From Mobula hypostoma (taxonomy: Eukaryota), in the NCBI RefSeq assembly GCF_963921235.1, contig NC_086108.1, positions 108,254,001 through 108,318,000 of the forward strand: DNA of 64,000 nt, written 5' to 3'. The notes under the pieces were generated by a model. The model had not been told where the DNA came from. It worked only from the letters and a program-made list of their open reading frames with translations, and did no database searches. A program made the translations under genes and the position numbers. This document shows positions 49,670 to 61,229 of this stretch, piece by piece. Each line of letters begins with the position of its first letter. Positions within the stretch are counted from its first letter, which is position 1.

Positions 49670-50168
49670 AAACTGATGAGTCTACCATCAGTCTACACAC
49701 TGCTGATGAGAGCACAGACCCGGTGCGCAGGTCATGTCATCCGCATGCCGGACGAGCGCACACCCAAGCAGCTCATTTTTGGGGAACTCTCTGCTGGAAG
49801 ACGCTCGCATGGAGGGCAGAAGAAACGTTACAAAGACACACTAAAGACCTCCCTGAAGTAGTGTGACATAGACACGACCTCCTGGGAAACGCAGGCACAA
49901 AACCGCCCTACCTGGCGCGGCCTCATCCGCAAGGGCTGTCAAGCTTACGAAGCAAGGTGCATTGCTGAAACACAACATAAGCGCGAGCTGCGCAAGTCCA
50001 GAGCCACCAGCGCAACAACTGCAGTGCCTACACGTGTCTGCCCAACGTGTGCCAGGGCATTCCGCGCCCGAATTGGCCTGACCAGTCATCTTCGGACACA
50101 CATCGCATCCAGTCTCAAAGTGACTAATGGTGTCAAGATCTTCATCGACGACGATGGACGAACTGTAC
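49670..50168 (+). mobile_element. RTE-clade LINE 3' fragment with C-terminal C2H2 finger
   Basis: RCAGHVIRMPDERTPKQLIFGEL...GGQKKRYKDTLK*...CPTCARAFRARIGLTSHLRTH; 11-bp TSD ATCTACTAAGC at 49603 and 50169. Confidence 0.88.
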
Positions 50169-51369
50169 ATCTACTAAGCCTGGCAGAACACTTTCTACTG
50201 ACAGGAGAAGGGGAAGAGGTGGGTTACTGACACCTTAAAACCAGTCGCTCTTGGCAGATGGAGGCTCATCAGCCGTGGTCGCAGCTCATCCAGGAGAATA
50301 AGACTCTGATCTCAGATCTCCATTGCCTTAAGGCTGTACCCATTCATGGGGAAAGCTTCAGGAGTAAACTCCGTGGAAAAACCTGGAGTCCCTAAGACAG
50401 TCCTTCGTTGAGTTCAATGCTGACTGGCAACCCCTGCAGTGCTGCTGGTGCTGAACTGTATCGGTCTCTGCTGTTACTCTGGGTTCTCAGATGCATGGAG
50501 AGGGGTAATCAGGAACACGGGCAACAGCTCGCTCTCCATATTGTACTGCCCTGGCTTGCATATGTAGACCACTTGGATGCAATATCCATGGTTGACCCTC
50601 ACCAGTGGAGCCTCAAAAAAAAAAATCCCATCACCCCTACAGAGGCACAGGCTGCCAAGAGTGCTCTGTCTTTTAAGTTGTCCAGGTATAACCTACCTTC
50701 TTGGCAAGACACCTTCATGGAGCAGTGCCTCAGAAAGGTGACATCTATTCATAAGGCATGCCCTCTTCTCATTGTTACTGTGAGGTAGGAGGTACAGGAG
50801 CCTGAAGACACACACTCAGCGATTCAGGAACAGCTTCTTCCCCTCTGCCATCTGATTCCTAGATGGACATTGAACCCTTGGACACTACCTCACTTTTTTA
50901 AAAATATATATTATTCGTTTTTGCACTATTTTAATCTATTCTATATACATAAATATATATATATACTTACTGTAATGGATTAACTTAGCTATTTATTTTT
51001 TCTTCTTTCTATATTATCATGTACTGCATTGAACTGCTGCTGCTAAGTTACCAAATTGCACAACACATACCGCTGACAATAAACCTGATTCTGAAGTCAG
51101 TTTGAAGGTTGCGTCAGCAGCCATTTTTTGGCCAGCCTCTCCTGTAGAAGGCTGATCGGTCCTGTGGCTTCCATGGACTTGCGGCTTTCATCACACAATT
51201 CCATATATCTTCTCGGTGCAGATCCTTCCTGTCCCAGTGATGAGGTCATTGAAGCTTCTGTTGGTGTTTCTGTAGCACTGGACTTTTATTGGATGGGGCT
51301 GTTAATTTCCCCCCCCCCCCCCACTTTTGCAGCCAGGCTTGGGACTGTCCAGGGTGGAGTTGTCCAGCA

Positions 51370-52108
51370 TACAAGTGCCAAAAAAAAAAGAAAACAGCGC
51401 CTCTATTTTCTTAGAGATTTGCTTAGATTCGACATGTCACCTAAAACTGTGACAGTCTTCTATAAATGCACAGTGGAAAGTATCCTGACTGGTTGCATCA
51501 CAGCCTGGTATGGAAACACCAGTGCCCAGGAACAAGGAAACTTACAAAAGTGGTAGGTACAGCCCAGTCCATCACAGGCAAAGCCCTCCCTACCATTGAT
51601 CACATTTACTTGGAGCACTGCCATAAAAAAGCAGCATCCATCATCAAGACCCCCCACCATCTAGGCCAGGGGCTCCACAGACTGCTTGATCAGTGGTACG
51701 GGTCTATGGCATAAAAAAAAAGGCTGGGAGCCGCTAATCTAGGCCATCCTCTCATCTCGCTAACGACCTCGAGAAGGAGGTACCAAAGCCTTAGGTCCCA
51801 CACCACAATCTCAAGAACAATTATTATCCTACAACCATCAGGCTCATCTGAACACTGAATTGACTCCACAACCAACAGTCTCCCTTTCAATGACTCTACA
51901 ACTCAACTTCTCGGTATTATTTTTTTATTTGCTCATTTGGTTTTTATTTGCATATTGGTCTTTAGTTGGTCTTTGATTATGTATAGTTTTTCATAAATCC
52001 TATTGTACTTATTATTTTTCCTGTGAATGCCTGCAAGAGAATTAATCTTGAGGCAGTAAGTGGTAACACATACAGACTTCGATGAAGTTTACTTTGACAT
52101 TGACTTTG
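51370..52108 (+). mobile_element. Rex1/Babar LINE 3' fragment
   Basis: KQRLYFLRDLLRFDMSPKTVTVFYKCTVESILTGCITAWYGN; similar fragment at 57670-58010. Confidence 0.75.
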
Positions 52109-53049
52109 AGGGATTGGACAATAATCTTGTGTGAATTCTAAGTTTTGGATGAGTTCAGACTGAAAGAATTCAAAGAGACTTAAAGGGAAGTATGAGGTGA
52201 TTTTTTTTTTGTAATTTAAGAAGTAACATCATGAAGGATCTCACCCATCTCTGCTCATAAGCTTTTTGTTCCACTCCCATCTGGGAGGAGGCTACGCAGC
52301 ATCCACAACAGGACCACCAGTTACTTTCCCCAAGCAGAAAGGCTGATCAACACCTCCACCCACTAACCCACCCCTCCACACCCTCAAGCACCACTACTTT
52401 ATCATTTCCTGTCAGTAAATTTCTACATCTATAGATATTTGCTGGAGGCTTTGGTGACATACCAAATGTCTTCAGACTGTGAGTGAAATATAGCTTCTGG
52501 CCACCTCTCCTAATCTGGGCAGGTTGACCAGTTCCAACAAGTGAACTGATTTTTGAACTTATCTAAAACTGCAGTGGACACAAAGTCTCGACAGAAGTAG
52601 TCAAATCTGCCCAACGCATCACTGGCACCAGCCTGTTGATCATTAAAGACATATATAAAGAAATGTCCTGGAAAACGGCTAGTAACATCACAAAGGATCT
52701 CCTACCCACCCTGCTTATGGACTCTTTGTCTCACTCCCATCAGGGAGGAGGCTACATAGCATACACGCCAGGACCACCAAACTCAAAAATAGTTATTTTT
52801 CCCAAGCAGTAAGGCTGATCAACATCTCCACCCACTAACCCACCCCTCCACACCCCCAACCATCACTACTTTATCATTTCCTGTCTGTCACCTTACATAC
52901 AGACACTCCTGTGCCTAGAGTCACTTTATGGCCATACAATCAATCTATGCATATAGGCTATGTATTTATATTTATTGTTTTTATTATTGTGTTATTTCAA
53001 AGTTGCTGGTATACGCAGCAGGCCAGGCAGCATCTGTAGGAAGAGGTGC

Positions 53050-53085
53050 AGTCAACGTTTCAGGCCGAGACCCTTCGTCAGGACT
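53050..53085 (-). ncRNA. Minimal hammerhead ribozyme motif, GUU cleavage triplet variant
   Basis: Minus strand AGTC-CTGACGA-AGG(gtctcgg)CCT-GAAA-CGTT^GACT. Confidence 0.68.
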
Positions 53086-54072
53086 AACTGAAGGAAGAGT
53101 GAGTAAGGGATTTGAAAGTTGGAGGGGGAGGGGGAGATCCAAAATGATAGGAGAAGACAGGAGGGGGAGGGATAGAGCCAAGAGCTGGACAGGTGATAGG
53201 CAAAAGGGGATACGAGAGGATCATGGGACAGGAGGTCTGGGAAGAAAGACAAGGGGGGTGACCCAGAAGATGGGCAAGGGGTATATTCAGAGGGACAGAG
53301 GGAGAAAAAAGAGAGTGAGAGAAAGAATGTGTGCATAAAAATAAGTAACAGATGGGGTACGAGGGGGAGGTGGGGCCTTAGCAGAAGTTAGAGAAGTCGA
53401 TGTTCATGCCATCAGGTTGGAGGCTACCCAGACGGAATATACGGTGTTGTTCGTCCAACCTGAGTGTGGCTTCATCTTTACAGTAGAGGAGGCCGTGGAT
53501 AGACATGTCAGAATGGGAATGGGATGTGGAATTAAAATGTGTGGCCACTGGGAGATCCTGCTTTCTCTGGCGGACAGAGCGTAGATGTTCAGCAAAGCGG
53601 TCTCCCAGTCTGCGTCCGGTGCTCCCAATGTGGCCTTCTATATATTGGCGAGATCCACAGCCTCCTCTACTGTAAAGATGAAGCCACACTCAGGTTGGAG
53701 GAACAACACCTTGTATTCCGTCTGGGTAGCCTCCAACCTGATGGCATGAACATCAACTTCTCTAACTTCCGCTAAGGCCCCACCTCCCCCTCGTACCCCA
53801 TCTGTTACTTATTTTTATGCACACATTCTTTCTCTCACTCTCCTTTTTCTCCCTCTGTCCCTCTGAATATACTTCTTGCCCATCCTCTGGGTCCCCCCCC
53901 CCCGCCTTGTCTTTCTTCCCGGACCTCCTGTCCCATGATCCTCTCGTATCCCCTTTTGCCAATCACCTGTCCAGCTCTTGGCTCCATCCCTCCCCCTCCT
54001 GTCTTCTCCCATCATTTTGGATCTCCCCCTCCCCCTCCAACTTTCAAATCCCTTACTCACTCTTCCTTCAGT

Positions 54073-54110
54073 TAGTCCTGACGAAGGGTCTCGGCCTGAA
54101 ACGTCGACTA
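54073..54110 (+). ncRNA. Minimal type-I hammerhead ribozyme motif (Penelope terminal repeat), consensus intact
   Basis: TAGTC-CTGACGA-AGG(gtctcgg)CCT-GAAA-CGTC^GACTA: 5-bp helix I, CUGANGA and GAAA boxes, GUC triplet, palindromic ACGT in place of helix III. Confidence 0.8.
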
Positions 54111-55131
54111 CACCTCTTCCTACAGATGCTGCCTGGCCTGCTGCATTCACCAGCAACTTTGATGTGTGTTGCTTGAATTTCCAGCATCTGCAGAATTCCT
54201 GTTGTTTATTGTGTTATTTATTGTTTTGTGGTTTTCTTCTGTGCTGCATTGCATCCAGAATAATGAATATTTCATTCTCCTTTACACTTGTGTGCTGGAA
54301 ATAACATTAAAGAATATTAAATCTTTATTTATTTATTGGGATGAAGCTTGGAATAGGTTCTTCTGGCCCTTTGAGTTGTGCCAAACAGCAATCCCCTGAT
54401 TTAATCCTAACCTAATCACAGGACAATTTACAATGACCAATTAAACCACCAACTGGTACATCTTTCGAGTGTGGGAGGAAACCCACGCAGTCACGAGGAC
54501 AATGTACATCCTCCTTACAGGAAGTGGCAGGAATTGAACCTGGGTCACTGGTAATGTAAAGCTTTGTACTGTACTGCACTTGAATCTTGATTATTGAGGT
54601 ATCTTTGTGAAAGAAAAGGAGTGCTCCAACTGCGAGAGAATATGGTTCTTTGTAAATTTAACAGACTTATTTTCATGCCTAAGTGGCCGTGGGAGGGGGT
54701 TACAAGATGTTAACGTTCATTATTTTTTTGTAAGTCACTTCATTAAGTTAGTGAAACATGATTCAAATTGAACGCTTCTTGAGTGTTGAATGTTTCCCAG
54801 ACACGTACTCCTCAATTCTCTCATTTGCTTATTGCTAGCTTAAAGAAAAATTTAATGACTGTTTTCATCCAGATCGAATGTTGTTTTTAGTGCCTGAGAG
54901 CTGGAAATACTGATGTTTCTCAGATGTTCTCTATTGCAGAAAGCAAGCTAAGGCCCTGCACACAGCTTTAACCTCAGTCCTGTATGTGTTTGCAAATCGA
55001 ATTGTATAGATTGTAATTAAATGATGCAGGGATTGGGTGTGAGAGTATAGAGAAAGACCATAAGATATAGGAGCAAGAATTGGGCTGAGAATTAGGAACA
55101 TGGTCATTTTCCATTGAGCTTTCTCCACCAT

Positions 55132-55350
55132 TCTGTGGAATTCTCTGCCACAGGAAACAGTTGAGGCCAGTTCATTGGCTATATTTAAGAGGGAGTTAGA
55201 TATGGCCCTTGTGGCTACAGGGGTCAGGGGGTATGGAGGGAAGGCTGGTACAGGGTTCTGAGTTGGATGATCAGCCATGATCATACTGAATGGCGGTGCA
55301 GGCTCGAAGGGCCGAATGGCCTACCCCTGCACCTATTTTCTATGTTTCTA
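55132..55350 (+). mobile_element. Young CR1 3' end
   Basis: Near-identical reverse complement of 56971-57188. Confidence 0.85.
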
Positions 55351-56624
55351 TTCCATCGTGGCTGACTTATTATGCCTCGCAACCCCGTTCTCTTGCCTTC
55401 TCCCCGTAACCTTTGATGTCCTCAGTAATCAAGAACCTATCAACCTCTGCTTTAAATATATCCCATGACTTGGCTTTTAACAGCTGGCTGTGGCAATGAG
55501 TTCCACAGATTCACCACCCTCTGGCTAATAAAATTCTGCCTCATCCCCATTCTAGAAGAACGGTCTTGGATTTTGAGTCTGTGCCCCTGGTCCAAGACTC
55601 TCCCACGACAGGAAACATCCTCTCCATGTCCACTCTATCTAGGATTCTTGATATTTGATAGGTTTCAAAGAGATCCCCCTTCATTCTTCCAAACTCCAGT
55701 GAGTAAAGTCCAGAGTCATCAAATGTTCCTCATACCTTTCATTACCAGCATCATTCTCATGAGCCTCCTGTGGACCCTCTCTGATGCCAGCACATCCTTT
55801 CTTAGATAGTCTGCTCACAGTACCCCCAGCAAAGTTTAACCAATTTCTTATGAAGCCTCAGCCTCTGTTAGATAGAAAAACATTGTTTTCTCTGGCAGGG
55901 GAGAGGAAAAAATAGGGAAGAGTGTTGAAAGCAGTAAGTGGGTGATGGATGATCCAAAATAGTTACCAGGAGTGCTGTGCATCCAAGATGTTTCAAAGTT
56001 CAACATTCAAAGTAAATTTATTGTTAAAGACATATATTTCATCAACTGCAACCCCGAGATTCATTTTTTTGCAGGCAGTCATAGAAAATACAAAGAAGCA
56101 CAACTACACACAAGACAGACAAACAGCCCATGTGCAAAAGACAACAAGCTGAGCAAATGTAAAAAGAAAATAATAATAACAATAAATAAGCAATAAATAT
56201 TGAGAATATGAGATGAAGAGTCCTTGAAAGTGAGCCCGTAGGTTGTGGAAATAGTTCGGTGTTTGGCTGAGTGAAGTTGAGTGAATTTAAGAGCCTGGGT
56301 GGTTGCGGGGGTGGGAGGGGTTAAAAATCAGGTTGAGTGATAATTTACCAGGAGCACTGACTACTCAGGGCCCTTAGCATTGTCAGTGATTCCACCCAAC
56401 CGAATAACAATCTCTTTGACCCCCTACCATCAGATAGGAGGTACCATAGCATTAGGACGAGGACCATTAGGGTGAGAAACCGCTTCTTCACCCAGGCTGT
56501 GTTCCCTGAGACCACCATGTCTCATCATGTGTGAAGCACCAGTAACTTTATACAGTTTACTTCTTATCTTGTGTCATAAACAGACTGTTGTATATTTAAT
56601 ATTTCAGTAATATTTGAGTAATAT

Positions 56625-56677
<53 letters not shown>

Positions 56678-56970
56678 TAATTAAGCATTCTTGTTCATTT
56701 AAATAATTAATTACTGGTCATGGGTAGAAATACATGAATTGCAAAAATCATCACGATACCACATGATATGTGCGGACCTCCCTTAAAGTAAGCACGAAGT
56801 TAGACGCATATTTCAGACTCCCGTGTCTTCCTTTGAATTAGTTTATTGTTTTGAAGTCACAAAACATAACACACACATTATTTGTGGTAATTTTATTTTA
56901 TGTGTTACGTGTGTTATATGTAGAGTGTTGTACACATTGGTCTGGAGGAACGTTGTTATGTTTGTTGGTA

Positions 56971-57379
56971 TAGAAACATAGAAAATAGGTGCAGGAGTAG
57001 GCCATTCGGCCCTTCGAGCCTGCACCGCCATTCAGTATGATCATGGCTGATCATCCAACTCAGAACCCTGTACCTGCCTTCTCTCCATACCCCTGATCCC
57101 TTTAGCCACAAGGGCCTTATCTAACTCCCTCTTAAATATAGCCAATGAACTGGCCTCAACTGTTTCCTGTGGCAGAGAATTCCACAGATTCACCACTCTC
57201 TGTGTGAAGAAGTTTTTCCTCATCTCGGTCCTAAAAGGCTTCCCCTTTATCCTCAAACTGTGACCCCTCGTTCTGGATTTCCCCAACATCGGAAACAATC
57301 TTCCTATATCTAGCCTGTCCAATCCCTTTAGAATTTTATTTGTTTCAATAAGATCCCCCCTCAATCTTCTAAATTCCAG
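56971..57379 (-). mobile_element. Young CR1 3' end
   Basis: ORF 57041..57364 RGDLIETNKILKGLD...RTRGHSLRIKG...FFTQRVVNLWNSLP. Confidence 0.88.
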
Positions 57380-58888
57380 TATATATGTGTACCGTTGAAA
57401 TGATAATAAACTTGAAGTTGATGTAAGGATGGTCTCTCATACAGAGGGTGGCTGAGCTCAAATTTTGTCCCTCAGAATGAATTATATATGGATGAGAGTG
57501 TAGTTGCCTTGGTTATTAAGTTAGTGAATGATAACTTTGATAATAAATGTACTTTAAACTTTGACATGAAAATTTCTGCTGTAGTAGTCAGTGTAGAAGG
57601 TCATCTCAGAATGCAATGAGATCTTGATCAGTTGCACCAGTGGGCCGAAGAAAGGCAGATGAGGAAGTGCCATCACAAAGAAGGCACAAGATTGCCTCCA
57701 TTTTCTGAAAAGTTTGTGTAGATTTAGCACGTCGCCAAAAATTTTGACAAACTTCTATAGATGCACAGTGGAATGTAAGCTAACTGGCTGCATCATGGCC
57801 TGGTATGGAAACACCAATGCCCAGGAACGGAAATATCTACAGAAAGTGGTTCATCACAGAAATCCAGTTCATCACAGGAAAAACTTTCCCCATAGTTGAA
57901 TATGCTTTCAGAGTGTTGCAACAAGAAAACCACACCGTTCGTGTTCTCTTCTCACTAACACCATTGGGCAGAGGGTACAGAAGCCATAGGTCCTATACCA
58001 CCTGGCTTTGAACTTGTAAATTAAAGGCATCCATTAGTCTAGCGAGACCATGGATCTGCACCTGGAAAGTCTTCACTCTCCAGGGCACAGGCCTGGGCAA
58101 GGTTGTATGGAAGACCAGCAGTTGCCCATGCTGCAAGTCTCCCCTCTCCACGACACCAGTGTTGTCCAAGGGAAGGGCATTAGGACCCATACAGCTTGGC
58201 ACCAATGTCATCACAGAGCAATGTGTGATTAAGTGCCTTGCTCAAGGACACAACGCATTGCCTCGGCTGGGGCTCAATCTCACGACCTTCAGGTCGCTAG
58301 TCCAATGCCTTAACCACTTGGCCACGTCCACAACTTGTATCAGATATGAAAATTATTCCAAGTTACAAAAATACATAAATAGGGCAGAGATGACTAGGTC
58401 TAGGGGCCAGACTTTTTCTCAGGGCAGAAATGGCAATGAGGGGGCATCATTTTAAGGTGATTGGGATATCATAGGTAAGTTTTTAGACAGCGTCGTATGA
58501 GCACTGAACACCCTGCCAGGGGTGATGATAGAGGCCGGTACATTAAGGGCATTTAAGAAACTCTTAGATAGGCACACGGATGATAGAAAAATGGAGGGCT
58601 AGTTAGAAAAGAAGGGTTAAATTGACCTTAGATTGGGTTAAGAGTTTAACACAACATCGTGGACCAGAGGGTGTGTACTGGGCTGTAGTATTCCATGTTC
58701 TATGGTCAAACACATGCAAATTCGACGACCGTAACTAGGCAACTTAGTCAATACGGACAACTTGAGCTGAATGGCTTGTTACTGTGCTGTATATCTCTGG
58801 ATTTCTAATTGCCAGCATGGATTGGTCAGGCTGAAGGGCGTATACCATTGCTGTATCACTCTGGCTGACGTGCGGATTTATTTTGCAG

Positions 58889-59188
58889 TGCCCACAACGG
58901 TGGAGACGACTCCCCCGGGGGTGACGCGTGCCAGGACCACTGCTGTGACCACAACTACCAGCGCCGCTGAGAGAGCTCTGGCCACCACCACCCTGGCAGC
59001 AGGCGCCAAGGAGGGCGGCCAAGGGGCCAGGCCAGGGCTCCACGGTGTGGGCACAAGGCCGCCCCCGGTGTCCAGCACCTTCCCCCTCCCCGAGAGGTTC
59101 TGTGAAGTTACGGAAGCCAGGGGCATAGGCTGGCCTCGGAGCCAGAGAGGCACCATGGTGGAGCGCCCCTGTCCCAAAGGCACTCGAG
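58889..59188 (+). CDS. ADGRL2: Latrophilin-2 exon: Ser/Thr/Pro-rich linker and start of hormone-binding domain
   Basis: Branch-like gctgac (58864-58869), ttttgcag|TGCCC...ACTCGAG|gtaaga; 300 nt, phase 1-1; VPTTVETT...[36 protein letters not shown]. Confidence 0.93.
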
Positions 59189-59289
59189 GTAAGATGGCCA
59201 GTCGGGTACGTGTGCGGGTTAAGGGCTGGGTGGGCAGCTCCTCCTCCAACCAGAGATAGCCCTCAACTTGTTACAAGAAAGGTTAAATA

Positions 59290-59620
59290 TTAAAGATTAG
59301 TTTTATTTGTCACATATATATCAAAACATCCAAACATACAGCGAAATGCATTGTGGGCAACAACGAGCGTGAGGATAGCAAGGAAGTACTGGGCGCAGCC
59401 CACAAGTGTTGCTATGCTTCTGGCGCCAACATAGCACGCCATAACTCACTAGTCCATACCCGTACATCTTTTGGAATGCGGGAGGGAACTGGAGCACCCG
59501 GAGGAAACCCACATGGAGGAGAACAGACAAACTCCTTGCAGGCAGCGGCAAGAAGTGAACTCCAATCTTCCGACTGCAAGTGCTGTAAACGTCTCGCTAA
59601 CCGCTACGCTACCGCGCTAG
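59290..59620 (-). mobile_element. V-SINE
   Basis: ggagcacccggaggaaacccac...gctaaccgctacgctaccg (reverse of head). Confidence 0.72.
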
Positions 59621-59665
59621 TGATAACGTGGCAGAGACATCTAAGGGTTGGTCAGCCTGTTCCTT

Positions 59666-60484
59666 ATAGTCATAGTCATAGTCATACTTTATTGATCCCA
59701 GGGGAAATTGGTTTTTGTTACAGTTGCACCATAAATAATTGTAATAAAACCATAAATATTTAAATAGTAATATGTAAATTACGCCAGGAAATAAGTCCAG
59801 GACCAGCCTATTGTCTCAAGGTGTCTGACCCTCCAAAGGTCTGTTGGATAGCCACAGGCAGGAATGACTTCCTATGGCGCTCTGTGTTGCATCTCGGTGG
59901 AATGAGTCTCTGGCTGAATGTACTCCTGTGCCCACCCAGTACATTATGTAGTGGATGGGAGACATTGACCAAGATGGCATGCAACTAGGATAGCATCCTC
60001 TTTTCAGACACCGCCGTCAGAGAGTCCAGTTCCATCCCCACAACATCACTGGCCTTACGAATGAGTTTGTTGATTCTGTTGGTGTCTGCTACCCTCAGCC
60101 TGCTGCCCCAGCACACAACAGCAAACATGATAGCACTGGCCACCACAGACTCGTAGACCATCCTCGGCATGGTCTGACAGATGTTACAGGACCTCGGTCT
60201 CCTCAGGAAATAGAGACGGCTCTGACCCTTCTTGTAGACAGCCTCAGTGTTCTTTGACCAGTCCAGTTTATTGTCAATTCGTATCCCCAGGTATTTGTAA
60301 TCCTCCACCATGACCACACTGACCCCCTGGATGGAAACAGGGGTCACCGGTACCTTAGCTCTCCTCAGATCTACCACCAGCTCCCTAGTCTTTTTCACAT
60401 TAAGCTGTAGATAATTCTGCTCACACCATGTGACAAAGTTTCCTACCGTAGCCCTGTACTCGGCCTCATCTCCCTCGCTGATGC
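59666..60484 (-). mobile_element. Rex1/Babar LINE 3' part
   Basis: KTRELVVDLRR...YKYLGIRIDNKLDWSKN...KKGQSRLYFLRR; (TGACTA)n tail at 59666-59685. Confidence 0.85.
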
Positions 60485-61229
60485 TCCAACTTATCCAACA
60501 TTAGATAGTGCTCAAGTTTTTCCAAGAAAGGGCATGTGTTGACAGGGCATCTTCTGGGAACCCTTCACTCTTGCCAGCTTATACTTCCCGAAATCCCCTG
60601 TTAGACCATGTTGTTAGTGGGAAGAGGATTCGTAATTCAGCAAATGCATGTGTCTGCTGTACAGGATTTAACAAGAAATGTCATTGGAATGGCAGTCTTC
60701 ACTGAAAGCTTCTAGTGTGGGGTTTTGCATTTTTGTAGTGAGCATAAAGATGGAGACGTTTTTTCTAAAGGGGGAGGGAATTCAGAAGTCTGAGGTGCAA
60801 AGGTACTTTGGGGACCTAGTGCAGGATTTCCTGAAGGTTAATTTTTAGGTTGAGTTGGTGGTGAAGAAGGCAAGTGCAATGTTAGCATTCATTTTTGGGG
60901 TGACAAGAGTACAAAAGCAAGGATGTCATGCTGAGGCCTTACAAGGCATTGGTCGGACCACATTTGAAATTCTATGAGCAGTTTTGGGCCCAGTATCTCG
61001 GAAAGATGTCCTGGCATTGGAAAGGGACCAGAGGAGGTTCAGAAGAATGATCCTGGGAGTGACAGGCTGAATGTACAAGGAGTGTTGGATGTCTTTGGGC
61101 CTGTACTTGCTGCATTTCAGAAGGATAAGGGGAGAATCTCATTGAAACCAATTTCACGTCACATGCCGATGATAATAAACCTGATTCTGATTCAGCATGC
61201 ATTTCAATGCAAGACGTATCATAGGAATA

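Larger units (their letters stand above)
52998..54205. mobile_element. Palindromic (head-to-head) Penelope-like insertion
   Basis: Inverted arms 52998-53500 and 53653-54161; GIY-YIG C-terminal fragments on both strands; 14-bp TSD TTATTGTGTTATTT at 52984-52997 and 54206-54219. Confidence 0.92.

Noticed and set aside
52221..52886. Direct repeat pair (52221-52414, 52681-52886) as LTRs
   Set aside because: No TG...CA ends, PBS or PPT; looks like two 3' fragments of a Rex1-type LINE.
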